Source: Lachnospiraceae bacterium (lineage in GTDB: Bacteria; Bacillota; Clostridia; Lachnospirales; Lachnospiraceae). Taken from it: a DNA stretch of 55,502 bases. This document shows positions 9,320 to 18,954 of the stretch, one piece after another (positions within the stretch are counted from its first letter, which is position 1; each line of letters begins with the position of its first letter). A model generated the notes under the pieces. That model searched no databases. It saw only the letters and a list, made by a program, of their open reading frames with translations, and had not been told where the DNA came from. The stretch lies in NCBI GenBank assembly GCA_017634315.1, contig JAGBNR010000142.1, forward strand, positions 1 to 55,502, given 5' to 3'. The position numbers and the translations under genes were made by a program.

Positions 9320-10433
9320 TATCATTTCAGGTTTTTTGGGAGCAGGTAAGACCACGCTCATTAAGAAGCTTATAGCGGAATCGTTCGCAGGCAGCAAGGT
9401 AGTGCTTATTGAGAATGAATTCGGTGAGATAGGTATAGACGGAGGCTTCCTTAAGGAAGCCGGGATAGAGATAACGGAGATGAACTCAGGGTGTATCTGC
9501 TGTTCACTTGTGGGTGACTTTAAGACTTCATTAAAGCAGGTAATAGAGAAGTATGCACCGGACAGGATCGTGATAGAGCCCTCCGGAGTGGGCAAGCTTT
9601 CGGATGTGGCCAAAGCCGTTGAGAGGGTAAATGAAGACGAAGAGGCAGTGGTGATAAACTCCATGGTCACCGTGGTGGATGGTAAGAAAACCAAAATGTA
9701 TATGAAGAACTTCGGAGAGTTCTTTAACAATCAGGTGGAATCGGCCGGAACCGTTATCATATCCCGTACTCAGGATATGACACAGGAGAAGCTTGATGAG
9801 ACTATGGCACTGATAAGAGAGCATAATAAAGAAGCGGTTATCATCACGACACCCTGGGATGAGATAAAGGGAGATCAGATACTCGAGGCTATGGAAAAGG
9901 GTCATACTCTGGTAGACGCGCTCATAGAGGAGATGAGCAAGCTGCCGGACGAGGATGAAGACGAGCATGAGCACGGACATCACCATCACCACCATCACCA
10001 CGATCATGAAGACGAGCATGATCATGAGCATCATCATGACCACGACGAAGACGAGCATGAGCATCATCACCATCATGACCACGATGAAGACGAGCATGAG
10101 CATGGACATCACCATCACCACCATCATCATCATGAGGGAGAGCTCGATGCGGATGATGTCTTCCAGAGCTGGGGGACAGAGACTGCTCATAAATATGAAA
10201 AGGATGAGCTTGAGACGATACTTAAGAAGCTTGCCGATGTCGACAGCAGAGAGTATGGCATGATACTCCGTGCCAAAGGTATGGTGCCGGATGCGTCGGG
10301 TCAGTGGCATGAGTTTGATCTTACTCCCGGAGAGTATGAGATCAGAGAAAGTGCTGCGGACTATACCGGACGGCTCTGTGTGATCGGATCAGATCTTAAG
10401 GAAAGCAAGGTCAAAGAGCTCTTCAGGGTATAA
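9306..10433 (+). CDS. COG0523/CobW family GTPase metallochaperone with long His-rich insert
   Basis: GFLGAGKTT, ENEFG, GCICC (CxCC), IEPSG and a His/Asp/Glu tract. Confidence 0.92.
   Translation: MTKIDIISGFLGAGKTTLIKKLIAESFAGSKVVLIENEFGEIGIDGGFLKEAGIEITEMNSGCICCSLVGDFKTSLKQVIEKYAPDRIVIEPSGVGKLSDVAKAVERVNEDEEAVVINSMVTVVDGKKTKMYMKNFGEFFNNQVESAGTVIISRTQDMTQEKLDETMALIREHNKEAVIITTPWDEIKGDQILEAMEKGHTLVDALIEEMSKLPDEDEDEHEHGHHHHHHHHDHEDEHDHEHHHDHDEDEHEHHHHHDHDEDEHEHGHHHHHHHHHEGELDADDVFQSWGTETAHKYEKDELETILKKLADVDSREYGMILRAKGMVPDASGQWHEFDLTPGEYEIRESAADYTGRLCVIGSDLKESKVKELFRV
9952..10137 (+). repeat. Coding tandem repeats encoding the His-rich tract
   Basis: GAAGACGAGCATGA recurs four times among CAT/CAC runs. 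Confidence 0.85.
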
Positions 10434-10474
10434 AAGCTGACTGTTCAGGAATTATAAGATGATAAAGGGGACAT

Positions 10475-11425
10475 ATGATGTTCGGTAAAAAGAAAGAGAT
10501 ACCGGTGTATATATTTACGGGCTTCCTCGAAAGCGGCAAGACGAGATTTATCGCCGAGACGCTGAAGGAGGGTCAGTTTAAAGATGGAAACAAAACTCTC
10601 TATATCATATGTGAAGAGGGTGAAGAGGAGCTCTCAAAGGCGCAGCTTGATGAGAATATGTTCACTCCTGCCGTCATAGAAAATGAAGAGGATATTTCAT
10701 TTGACACTTTTACGAAGCTTGATCTTGACCATGATCCGGACAGGGTCATGATCGAATACAACGGTACATGGGACCCGGACAGAGTGATGGAAGCACTGCC
10801 ACAGCACTGGCTTTTGGCAGAGGGGATATGTACTATTGATGCTACTACCTACCAGGACTATCTGGCGAATATGAAGCAGATGATGACGAGACAGTTCACA
10901 TATGCGGATCTTGTTATCTTCAACAGATGCGATCTTGCCCAGGATCTGCCAATGTTTAAGAGGACGGTGAGAGCTCTGAACAGACGGTCGCAGGTTGTCT
11001 TTGAAATGAAGGACGGCACCATCAATAATAATGTAAAAGAAGAGCTGCCCTATGACATAAATGCCGAGGTGATCAATGTGGAGGATGATGATTACGGTAT
11101 ATGGTATATAGACGTATTTGATAATCTTGACACCTATAAGGGGAAGACTGTACGTTTCAAGGGTATAGTCTACAAGCCGAAAAGAGGTAAGGACGATATC
11201 TTCGTGCCGGGTCGTTTTGCCATGACATGCTGTGCGGCAGATATCCAGTTTGTCGGATTCCCGTGCAAGTGGAAGGATGCGAGACTCTTAAAGGAAAAGA
11301 CAGCCGTAAATGTTACGGCGCATATCGGCAGTACCGAGACTCCTGAGGGTAATGCGCCGGTCCTGTATGCGGATGCGGTGGAGATCACGGACCCGCCTGC
11401 TGAGGAAGTGGTGTATTTTCAGTGA
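10475..11425 (+). CDS. CobW-like P-loop domain fused to a TIGR03943/DUF1980-like C-terminal domain
   Basis: GFLESGKT Walker A, IEYNG, C-terminal RFAMTCCAAD. Confidence 0.8.
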   Translation: MMFGKKKEIPVYIFTGFLESGKTRFIAETLKEGQFKDGNKTLYIICEEGEEELSKAQLDENMFTPAVIENEEDISFDTFTKLDLDHDPDRVMIEYNGTWDPDRVMEALPQHWLLAEGICTIDATTYQDYLANMKQMMTRQFTYADLVIFNRCDLAQDLPMFKRTVRALNRRSQVVFEMKDGTINNNVKEELPYDINAEVINVEDDDYGIWYIDVFDNLDTYKGKTVRFKGIVYKPKRGKDDIFVPGRFAMTCCAADIQFVGFPCKWKDARLLKEKTAVNVTAHIGSTETPEGNAPVLYADAVEITDPPAEEVVYFQ

Positions 11426-13176
11426 GAACCTTTGGTGAGCTGAAAAAGAATATAAAGAGTAACAAAGACAGGAAGGGCCTGAGGGAATTAAGCATGGCCC
11501 TTCTTGGTGATACAGCGACCCAGTTTTTGCGCACGGCTCTCGAAGGATACGGATATGAGCTCGGCTACAGAACGGATATATACGAGAGCGAATATGATGT
11601 GCTTGAGAGCGAGATAATAAATGCCGAGTCCGGGCTTTATGAAAAAAAGAGAGATTTTATAGTGATCTATATGTCTTCGGAGAGGGCATACGATATGTTC
11701 ACCAAGCTTGCTGTCTCCGAAAGAGAAGGATTTGCCGATGCCTATGTATCCCATATTGAAGGATACTGGGAACTGATAGCGGAACGCAGTGAAGCCAGAG
11801 TGATACAGTTTGATCTCAACCGGATAATCTCAGGTGTATACGGTAATTACGGTAACAGACTGGCTTCAGCATGGGAGTATCAGTACAGAAGACTCCAGTA
11901 TTTACTGGCGGAGGCAGCGAGCCGTAGAGAAGGTGTGTATCTTATGGGTCTTGATGACATACAGTCGAGGCTCGGCAGAAAAGTCTTTTGCGATATGAGA
12001 TTTTACTATGATGCGCGTATGTCTATATATACCGATGCTCTTCCCGAGGTCGCAAAGTCTGTATTTGACATAGTGGAGGCGGCGGACGGAAGGGTGAAAA
12101 AGTGTCTTGTGCTGGATCTCGACAATACCCTTTGGGGCGGTGTGATAGGAGATGACGGTATAGGCGGCATAGAGCTCGGGGAGCTGGGTAACGGCAGGAT
12201 ATACTGTGATATACAGCGTTGGTGTCTGGAGCTTAAGGCAAGAGGCATAATACTTGCCGTTTGTTCGAAGAATGACGAGGATACCGCCAAAGAACCCTTT
12301 GAGAAACACCCCGACATGCTGCTGCATCTTGATGATATCGCGGTCTTTGTCGCAAACTGGGAGGACAAGGCTGCAAACATACGATATATCCGTGACGTAT
12401 TGAATATAGGCATGGACAGTATGGTATTTCTGGATGATTCCGCATTTGAAAGGAATCTGGTAAGAGAGATGATACCGGAGATAACAGTGCCTGAGCTACC
12501 CGAGGAAAGTGCCGAATGGCTCGAGTATCTGGGCAGGCTGGATATCTTTGATACGGCGGTAGGGACAGCCGGAGGAGACAGGACGGAAAAATACAGGCAG
12601 GAGGCTGAAAGACGTTCGGCGAAGAAACAATATGCGGATGTGGACGAATATCTTAAGAGCCTCCAAATGAAGGCGGATTGTGCGGCTTTTGATGAGTTTC
12701 ATTATCCGAGGATAGCGGAGCTATCGCAGCGGTCCAATCAGTTTAATCTGAGGACTGTAAGATACACCGAGGATCAGATCAGGGCTATCGCCGAAGATGA
12801 CAAATATATCACACTCTATTTTACGTTGCGTGACAGATTCGGAGACTACGGACTGGTCTCATGTGTCATTATGGAAAGAACCTCCGACAGAGAGGCATTC
12901 ATTGACACATGGTTTATGAGCTGCAGGGTGCTTAACAGGGGGATGGAGGAGTTTATTATCAATTCCGTAGCGGAATCTGCATCGCAGCAAGGTATAGAGA
13001 TACTTACTGCGGAGTATATACCCACGAAAAAGAATAAAATGGTCGAGGATATATATGCAGGATTCGGGTTTGAAGCACTTGGAGACGGCAGATACAGACT
13101 GGAAACGGATAAATATGTAAAAAAGGACACTTATATACGTGAAACAGCCACTGGCTGTTTCACCAGCCTCCGTTGA
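11422..13176 (+). CDS. FkbH-like HAD-IIIC phosphatase / glyceryl transferase
   Basis: LDLDNTLWGG (DxDxT), CSKN, FLDD, RSNQFN, MSCRVL; GTGA start/stop overlap with the upstream gene. Confidence 0.9.
   Translation: MRTFGELKKNIKSNKDRKGLRELSMALLGDTATQFLRTALEGYGYELGYRTDIYESEYDVLESEIINAESGLYEKKRDFIVIYMSSERAYDMFTKLAVSEREGFADAYVSHIEGYWELIAERSEARVIQFDLNRIISGVYGNYGNRLASAWEYQYRRLQYLLAEAASRREGVYLMGLDDIQSRLGRKVFCDMRFYYDARMSIYTDALPEVAKSVFDIVEAADGRVKKCLVLDLDNTLWGGVIGDDGIGGIELGELGNGRIYCDIQRWCLELKARGIILAVCSKNDEDTAKEPFEKHPDMLLHLDDIAVFVANWEDKAANIRYIRDVLNIGMDSMVFLDDSAFERNLVREMIPEITVPELPEESAEWLEYLGRLDIFDTAVGTAGGDRTEKYRQEAERRSAKKQYADVDEYLKSLQMKADCAAFDEFHYPRIAELSQRSNQFNLRTVRYTEDQIRAIAEDDKYITLYFTLRDRFGDYGLVSCVIMERTSDREAFIDTWFMSCRVLNRGMEEFIINSVAESASQQGIEILTAEYIPTKKNKMVEDIYAGFGFEALGDGRYRLETDKYVKKDTYIRETATGCFTSLR
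13139..13163. repeat. Perfect palindrome with CCACTGG apex at the convergent gene overlap
   Basis: GTGAAACAGCC-ACT-GGCTGTTTCAC. Confidence 0.8.
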
Positions 13177-13858
13177 TTGAGATGATCTGGCCGGTCAGGT
13201 ACAGGGGCATTTTTGATAACAGATACACCGCTTCAGCTACCTCCTCAGGGGTACACATCCTTCCGGCGGGAATCTCCTCTATAAGTACTTTCATTTCTTC
13301 TTCGGACAGGTGCCTGTTCATATCGGTGTCCACCACACCGGGGGCAACGGCATTTACCGCTATTCCTGACGGAGCGAGTTCCTTTGCCAATGCTTTGGTA
13401 AACGCATCCACACCGCCCTTTGCCGCAGAGTATGCTGCTTCGCAGGAGGCACCGGTACCGCCCCATTGTGAAGAGATATTTATGATCCTGCCGCTATGGC
13501 TCTGTACCATAAGACGGGCGGCAGAGCGTGATGTATTGAACACAGAGGTCAGATCCGTGGCTATGATGCTGTCCCAGTCGGAATCTTTCATATCCTGTAC
13601 CAGACCGTAATATGCCGTTCCGGCATTGTTTATCAACAGATCAAGAGAGGATACATCACTGAATACCTTCCGAATAAAGTCGGAATCCCCTGCATCTCCC
13701 ATATACATATGTACCGGATTGGCGGAAGCTTCTGCGATATCGGCCATCATATCAATATTATTCCTGCAAATGAGATATAGCTCGTATTCGCCTCTTAAGC
13801 GTTCGGCTATCGCATGTCCTATGCCTCTGGAGGCTCCTGTGATCATAGCTTTTTTCAT
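13160..13858 (-). CDS. SDR oxidoreductase, FabG/YmfI-like
   Basis: TGASRGIG, NNAG, YSAAK; SSQWG..GASCEAAYS resembles YmfI; start 13858 follows GGAG. Confidence 0.88.
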   Translation of the reverse strand: MKKAMITGASRGIGHAIAERLRGEYELYLICRNNIDMMADIAEASANPVHMYMGDAGDSDFIRKVFSDVSSLDLLINNAGTAYYGLVQDMKDSDWDSIIATDLTSVFNTSRSAARLMVQSHSGRIINISSQWGGTGASCEAAYSAAKGGVDAFTKALAKELAPSGIAVNAVAPGVVDTDMNRHLSEEEMKVLIEEIPAGRMCTPEEVAEAVYLLSKMPLYLTGQIISINGGW

Positions 13859-14044
13859 TATAAGATGTTCTCCGTTACTATTCACTGTCGAAGCTTACGA
13901 TACCACAAAATAAAAAAAATTTCAGTCGGGGCGGTTTACAATATCTATACAATTATGTAAACGAGCATATCAATATCTTGTGCTTTTTGGACAAATGTTA
14001 CATTTTTGAACTTTCGGAAAAGCCGAAATACAGAGGCTCGCTGG

Positions 14045-14073
14045 TTGACAATATTATAGTTAGATGATATATT
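14045..14073 (+). promoter_or_regulatory. Sigma-A promoter of the NlpC/P60 gene
   Basis: TTGACA-17-TATATT with TG upstream of the -10. Confidence 0.65.
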
Positions 14074-14122
14074 GCTCAATGGATTTAACATTTGTGTAAC
14101 AAACCGGATTGGGGAAATATAT

Positions 14123-15676
14123 TTGAAAAAAAGGTTTATCAAGATAATCAGCGCGTGCCTGATAGTAACGATGCTCGTATCTGCTTCCACCTATGCGATG
14201 GGAACGGATGCGCTTTTCAGTGTCTTGCCCGTAGCCGGAAATGCAAGGGCTCTCGGCGAGGGTATATCAGTGACTGCACTTAAGGCTGAGAAGATCAAGA
14301 GTGCCAGATCGGGTGCCGGTGATGCCGAGAAGACGGCAGCAAAGGCATTTACATCGGACGCGGTGATCGATTCGGTGCTTTCTCAGGCGGGAGACAGTAT
14401 CAATCTTTCAGCAAAGACATCTACGGATACGGCATCTTCATCTTCAAGAGACACTGATACGTCTTCATCTTCGGCAGCTATCGCACTTACATCTACATAT
14501 ACAAGTTCATCTTCGACTGAGTCATCTGTTACAAAGACAGTCTCATCCGATCCCGAGATACTGACTGTCGGTGGCGGCTCTACGGGGTCTGCCGTTGATG
14601 TTGCGGCAATGACACCTGTAGACGAAGAGGAGACCGCATCTGAGAATGAGGCTGCACCGGAGGAGGAGGCTGACAGCGATGTCGAGCTTGCGGATGTAAC
14701 GACGAGGAATAGCAGCTCGGATGAAGACGATGACTTTACAAACCTTGTCATAGCTCAGGTAAATGACTGCGTGAATGTCAGAGCCGAAGCTTCGGAAGAA
14801 AGCGAAGTGATCGGTAAGCTGTATAATAATTCAGTAGGTAATCTTATAGAGGAAGCGGGCGACTGGTACAAGATTGAGTCCGGCAGCTGTGAGGGATATG
14901 TAAAGGCCGAATACTGCGTGACAGGAGAAGAGGCCGAGAAGCTTGCAAAAGAGGTCGGCACCAGACTGGCAAGGGTTACTACCACTACACTATATGTAAG
15001 GAGTGAGCCTACAAGGGATTCGGAGGTCATCGGTATGGTACCGATAGACGACGAATTGCAGGTTCTTACAGAGATGCCCGGCTGGGTCAAGGTATCGATA
15101 GAGGAAGGTGACGGATATGTATCGGATGAATATGTAAAGCTCCATACTGAATTCGTCAGGGCAGAGTCAAAGGCTGAGGAAGAAGCAAGACTCAAGCGCG
15201 AGGCAGAGGCAAGAGAGGCTGCGAGAAAGGCAGCAGCTGAGGCTGAAAGGAAGGCGGCATCCAAGAAGAAGTCTTCCGGCAGCAGCTCGGGAGAGTCTGC
15301 AGGCACCACATATACGGCATCAGGCTCCGGTACCGGATCGGCAGTTGCAAACTACGCATTACAGTTTGTCGGCAATCCCTATGTATACGGTGGCACGTCC
15401 CTTACAAACGGCGCAGACTGTTCAGGCTTTGTAATGAGTGTATACAGGAACTTCGGTGTATCACTTCCGCACAGCTCCGGCGGAGACAGGAGTGTTGGCT
15501 CGGCAGTCAGCGGTGGGCTTGCGGCGGCACAGCCCGGAGATATAGTATGCTACTCCGGTCATGTGGGAATATACATCGGTAACGGTCAGATAGTCCATGC
15601 GTCTACCGCACGCACAGGTATAAAGGTATCCAGCGCAAACTACAGAAATGTTTTGGCAGTCCGCAGGATATTCTGA
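14123..15676 (+). CDS. Secreted peptidoglycan hydrolase: Ser/Thr-rich linker, two SH3b domains and an NlpC/P60 (C40) domain
   Basis: Signal peptide from TTG 14123; VNVRAE/WYKI/GYV and LYVRSE/WVKV/GYV SH3b motifs; GNPYVYGG, DCSG, HVGIY. Confidence 0.93.
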   Translation: MKKRFIKIISACLIVTMLVSASTYAMGTDALFSVLPVAGNARALGEGISVTALKAEKIKSARSGAGDAEKTAAKAFTSDAVIDSVLSQAGDSINLSAKTSTDTASSSSRDTDTSSSSAAIALTSTYTSSSSTESSVTKTVSSDPEILTVGGGSTGSAVDVAAMTPVDEEETASENEAAPEEEADSDVELADVTTRNSSSDEDDDFTNLVIAQVNDCVNVRAEASEESEVIGKLYNNSVGNLIEEAGDWYKIESGSCEGYVKAEYCVTGEEAEKLAKEVGTRLARVTTTTLYVRSEPTRDSEVIGMVPIDDELQVLTEMPGWVKVSIEEGDGYVSDEYVKLHTEFVRAESKAEEEARLKREAEAREAARKAAAEAERKAASKKKSSGSSSGESAGTTYTASGSGTGSAVANYALQFVGNPYVYGGTSLTNGADCSGFVMSVYRNFGVSLPHSSGGDRSVGSAVSGGLAAAQPGDIVCYSGHVGIYIGNGQIVHASTARTGIKVSSANYRNVLAVRRIF

Positions 15677-15891
15677 TAAAGCCCTGTCTTGATGGCATAC
15701 GGACAGTCCGCTTGCGGGATTGGAAGCGATGACATCAGAGATGCTGACATGAATGAGCAGGTAGGGCGATAGCCCGGATTGCGGATTATAGAAAAACAAG
15801 GGAACGTAATAATGGACTGGCTAAATGCCAGTCCATTTGATATACTATAGACACTTCCGAATATTATTTTTTACAAGGAGAGGATGAACAG

Positions 15892-16419
15892 ATGAAATTT
15901 GTAATTATAGGTAAAAACATAGATGTCACGGCCGGACTCAGAGCGAGTGTGGAGGAGAAGATCGGAAAGCTGGAAAAATACTTCACTCCGGATACGGAGG
16001 TACATGTGACGCTTTCCGTAGAGAAGGAAAGACATAAGATCGAGGTCACCATCCCGGTGAAGGGCAGCATAATCAGATCGGAGCAGGTCAGCAATGATAT
16101 GTATGTATCTATAGATCTGGTAGAGGAGATCATAGAGAGACAGCTGAAGAAATATAAAAAGAAGATCATTGATAAGGAGCAGGCATCCGAGTCGTTTAAG
16201 AAAGAATATATTGAACGTGAGTATCAGGATGACGAGGATATCAAGATAGTAAGGACGAAGCAGTTCGATATGAAGCCTATGTATCCCGAAGATGCATGTG
16301 TGCAGATGGAGCTTCTCGGACACAGCTTCTATGTATTCCGCAATGCCGAGACAGACAGTGTCAATGTCGTATATAAAAGAAAAGGCAACACATACGGGCT
16401 TATAGAGCCGGAGGTATAG
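15892..16419 (+). CDS. hpf: Ribosome hibernation promoting factor, long form
   Basis: GKNIDVT..KIGKLEKYF, DMYVSID, KPM..A..QMELLGHSF..YKRK.G.YGLIE. Confidence 0.96.
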   Translation: MKFVIIGKNIDVTAGLRASVEEKIGKLEKYFTPDTEVHVTLSVEKERHKIEVTIPVKGSIIRSEQVSNDMYVSIDLVEEIIERQLKKYKKKIIDKEQASESFKKEYIEREYQDDEDIKIVRTKQFDMKPMYPEDACVQMELLGHSFYVFRNAETDSVNVVYKRKGNTYGLIEPEV

Positions 16420-16430
16420 CAGATCGGATG

Positions 16431-16464
16431 AGAGAGTTCATAAAAGTATGGGCTCTCTTTTTTT
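16431..16464 (+). terminator. Intrinsic terminator after hpf
   Basis: AGAGAGTTCAT/ATGGGCTCTCT stem followed by a T-run. Confidence 0.8.
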
Positions 16465-16598
16465 GTGCAGGCAATGATCCAAAGTGCCTGCAGCGTGCAT
16501 GCACATAAGACGGACAGCCCGGCAAATGCCGATCGTTGAGCGGCTTTATCGAGGGATGGATGGGCAGTAAGTGTACAGAGTGAATGCCGTGTGTTCTA

Positions 16599-16627
16599 TT
16601 GAAAAGTAGACCCTCGTGTGATAGACT
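16599..16627 (+). promoter_or_regulatory. Sigma-A promoter of the butyryl-CoA operon
   Basis: TTGAAA-17-TAGACT with extended -10 TG. Confidence 0.6.
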
Positions 16628-16682
16628 ATTACAGCAATTCTGCGAAAATCTTATAACATGCAAAGCATGAAGGAGGTATTTA

Positions 16683-17876
16683 ATGTCTAAAAAGATCGTC
16701 TTGGCCGGAGCATGCCGTACAGCTATCGGCACAATGGGAGGCTCACTTTCCACAACACCTGCAGCTAAGCTTGGTTCCATAGTTATAAAAGAGGCTCTGA
16801 ACAGAGCGGGAGTGCCGGTTGACAAGGTTGACCATGTATATATGGGTTGTGTAATACAGGCAGGTCTCGGACAGAACGTTGCGCGTCAGGCTTCGTTGGG
16901 AGCAGGACTTCCTATTGAGACTCCTGCGGTAACGATCAATGTGGTCTGCGGCTCAGGTCTGAATGCAGTCAATATGGCGGCTCAGATGATCCAGGCAGGA
17001 GATGCTGATATAGTCGTGGCAGGCGGTATGGAGAATATGTCAATGGCTCCCTTCGCGCTTCCGCAGGGCAGATACGGATACAGGATGACATGGCCCAGCC
17101 AGAGTCAGGGGGCACTGGTAGATACCATGGTCAAGGATGCACTCTGGGATGCATTTAATGATTATCATATGATCACAACTGCAGACAATATAGCAAAGCA
17201 GTGGAAGCTCACAAGAGAGGAGCTTGACGAGTTTGCACTCGCAAGCCAGCAGAAGGCCTGCGCAGCTATAGAGAGCGGTGCGTTCAAGGATGAGATAGTG
17301 CCTGTAGAGGTGAAGAAAAAGAAAGAGACAGTACTGTTTGATACGGATGAGGGACCGAGAGCCGGATCTACCATCGAGGGACTTGCGAAGCTTAAGCCTC
17401 TCAATCCCGATGGTGTGGTAACAGCCGGAAATGCATCCGGTATAAACGATGGTGCGGCTGCGGTAGTGGTCATGACGGAAGAAAAGGCCAAGGAGCTCGG
17501 CGTAACACCTATGGCTGAGTTTGTAGCAGGAGCACTTGCAGGCGTAGACCCGTCCATCATGGGTATAGGACCTGTGGCAGCTACAAAGAAGGTCATGGCA
17601 AAGACCGGCATGACGATAGAAGACTTTGACATATATGAGGCTAACGAAGCCTTTGCTGCACAGTCAGTAGCGGTCGGAAAGGATCTCGGGTTTGACCTCA
17701 AGAAGCTTAATATAAACGGCGGAGCTATCGCGCTCGGGCATCCCGTAGGAGCTTCAGGTGCAAGAATACTTACCACTCTTTTGTATAATATGAAGAAGAC
17801 AGGCGCAAAGACCGGTCTTGCGACTCTCTGCATCGGCGGCGGTATGGGCTGCGCTACAATAGTAAAGGCGATGTAA
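16683..17876 (+). CDS. thlA: Acetyl-CoA acetyltransferase (thiolase)
   Basis: [24 protein letters not shown]. Confidence 0.97.
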   Translation: MSKKIVLAGACRTAIGTMGGSLSTTPAAKLGSIVIKEALNRAGVPVDKVDHVYMGCVIQAGLGQNVARQASLGAGLPIETPAVTINVVCGSGLNAVNMAAQMIQAGDADIVVAGGMENMSMAPFALPQGRYGYRMTWPSQSQGALVDTMVKDALWDAFNDYHMITTADNIAKQWKLTREELDEFALASQQKACAAIESGAFKDEIVPVEVKKKKETVLFDTDEGPRAGSTIEGLAKLKPLNPDGVVTAGNASGINDGAAAVVVMTEEKAKELGVTPMAEFVAGALAGVDPSIMGIGPVAATKKVMAKTGMTIEDFDIYEANEAFAAQSVAVGKDLGFDLKKLNINGGAIALGHPVGASGARILTTLLYNMKKTGAKTGLATLCIGGGMGCATIVKAM

Positions 17877-17950
17877 CTGTCCGGAACAGATATGAGGACG
17901 CTGAACAGTTACAAAGCAATCTGGTACGGCTGATATAAAGGAGGCAGACA

Positions 17951-18745
17951 ATGGGATTTGTAGATTATGAAGTAAAAGGAAGTTATGCGGTCATCACGAT
18001 CAACAGAGAGCAGGCACTGAATGCCCTTAATTCAGAGGTTCTTGATGATCTGGATAAGGTAATAAGCGGCATAGATACGGATACTGTCAGGGCGGTAGTG
18101 CTCACAGGTGCAGGTGAAAAATCATTTGTGGCAGGTGCGGACATAGGAGAGATGAGCACACTTTCAAAGTCGGAGGGTGAGGCTTTCGGCAAGAAGGGCA
18201 ATGATATCTTCCGCAAGATAGAGACCTGCCCCATACCGTTCATTGCGGCGGTAAACGGCTTCGCGCTCGGCGGAGGATGTGAGATATCAATGAGCTGTGA
18301 TATAAGGATAGCATCAGAGAGTGCTGTGTTCGGACAGCCCGAGGTGGGACTCGGGATCACTCCCGGGTTTGGCGGCACACAGAGACTTGCACGTCTGGTC
18401 GGACCGGGCATGGCAAAGCAGCTTATATACACCGCGCGCAATATCAAGGCTGACGAGGCACTTCGCATAGGACTTGTGAATGCGGTATACCCTGCAGAGG
18501 AGCTCATGGAGCAGGCAGAGAAGCTTGCGAGTACCATAGCGGGCAATGCTCCTATAGCTGTAAGAGCATGTAAGAAGGCCATAAATGACGGTCTTGATCT
18601 TCCGATGGATGAGGCTATAGCACTTGAGGAGAAGCTTTTTGGCTCATGCTTCGAGTCAGAGGATCAGAGAGAGGGAATGGCAAACTTCCTGCGTAAGAAG
18701 GATGATCCCGCGAAAGTAAAGCACGTGGACTTTAAGAATCGCTGA
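17951..18745 (+). CDS. crt: Crotonase (enoyl-CoA hydratase)
   Basis: FVAGADI, GFALGGGCE, PEVGLGITPGFGGTQRL; operon context. Confidence 0.96.
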   Translation: MGFVDYEVKGSYAVITINREQALNALNSEVLDDLDKVISGIDTDTVRAVVLTGAGEKSFVAGADIGEMSTLSKSEGEAFGKKGNDIFRKIETCPIPFIAAVNGFALGGGCEISMSCDIRIASESAVFGQPEVGLGITPGFGGTQRLARLVGPGMAKQLIYTARNIKADEALRIGLVNAVYPAEELMEQAEKLASTIAGNAPIAVRACKKAINDGLDLPMDEAIALEEKLFGSCFESEDQREGMANFLRKKDDPAKVKHVDFKNR

Positions 18746-18754
18746 GGCGATTCT

Positions 18755-18872
18755 TAAAGTCTGCAAGAATGCGCCGCATTCTTGGGTCAGGCAAGGAGTT
18801 GGCCGTGTAACTCTATAAAGCTGCAAGAATGCGTTGCGTTCCTGGGTCAGGCAAGGAGTTGGCCATGCAGCT
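18755..18872 (+). repeat. Two 60-bp tandem direct repeats with an internal palindrome
   Basis: CTGCAAGAATGCG...GGGTCAGGCAAGGAGTTGGCC at 18761 and 18821. Confidence 0.9.
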
Positions 18873-18954
18873 GGCAGGGAATCACTGATGCAGTTCATGT
18901 GCAGTTATAAACATATTAATATGAATCAATAATATAAAGAGGAGGATTTCATTA

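Noticed and set aside
9531-10310. 259-aa Met/Val-rich minus-strand ORF
   Set aside because: Antisense shadow of the CAT/CAC/GAC repeats in the CobW gene
13968-13983. NrdR-box-like CAATATCTTGTG
   Set aside because: Single copy and no ribonucleotide reductase gene adjacent
15677-15840. Possible ncRNA between the NlpC/P60 gene and hpf
   Set aside because: Only one clear stem (AATGGACTGG/CCAGTCCATT, 15811-15837), adequately explained as a terminator
16636-16660. Rex operator upstream of thlA
   Set aside because: Biologically expected, but only a TAACA half-site is visible
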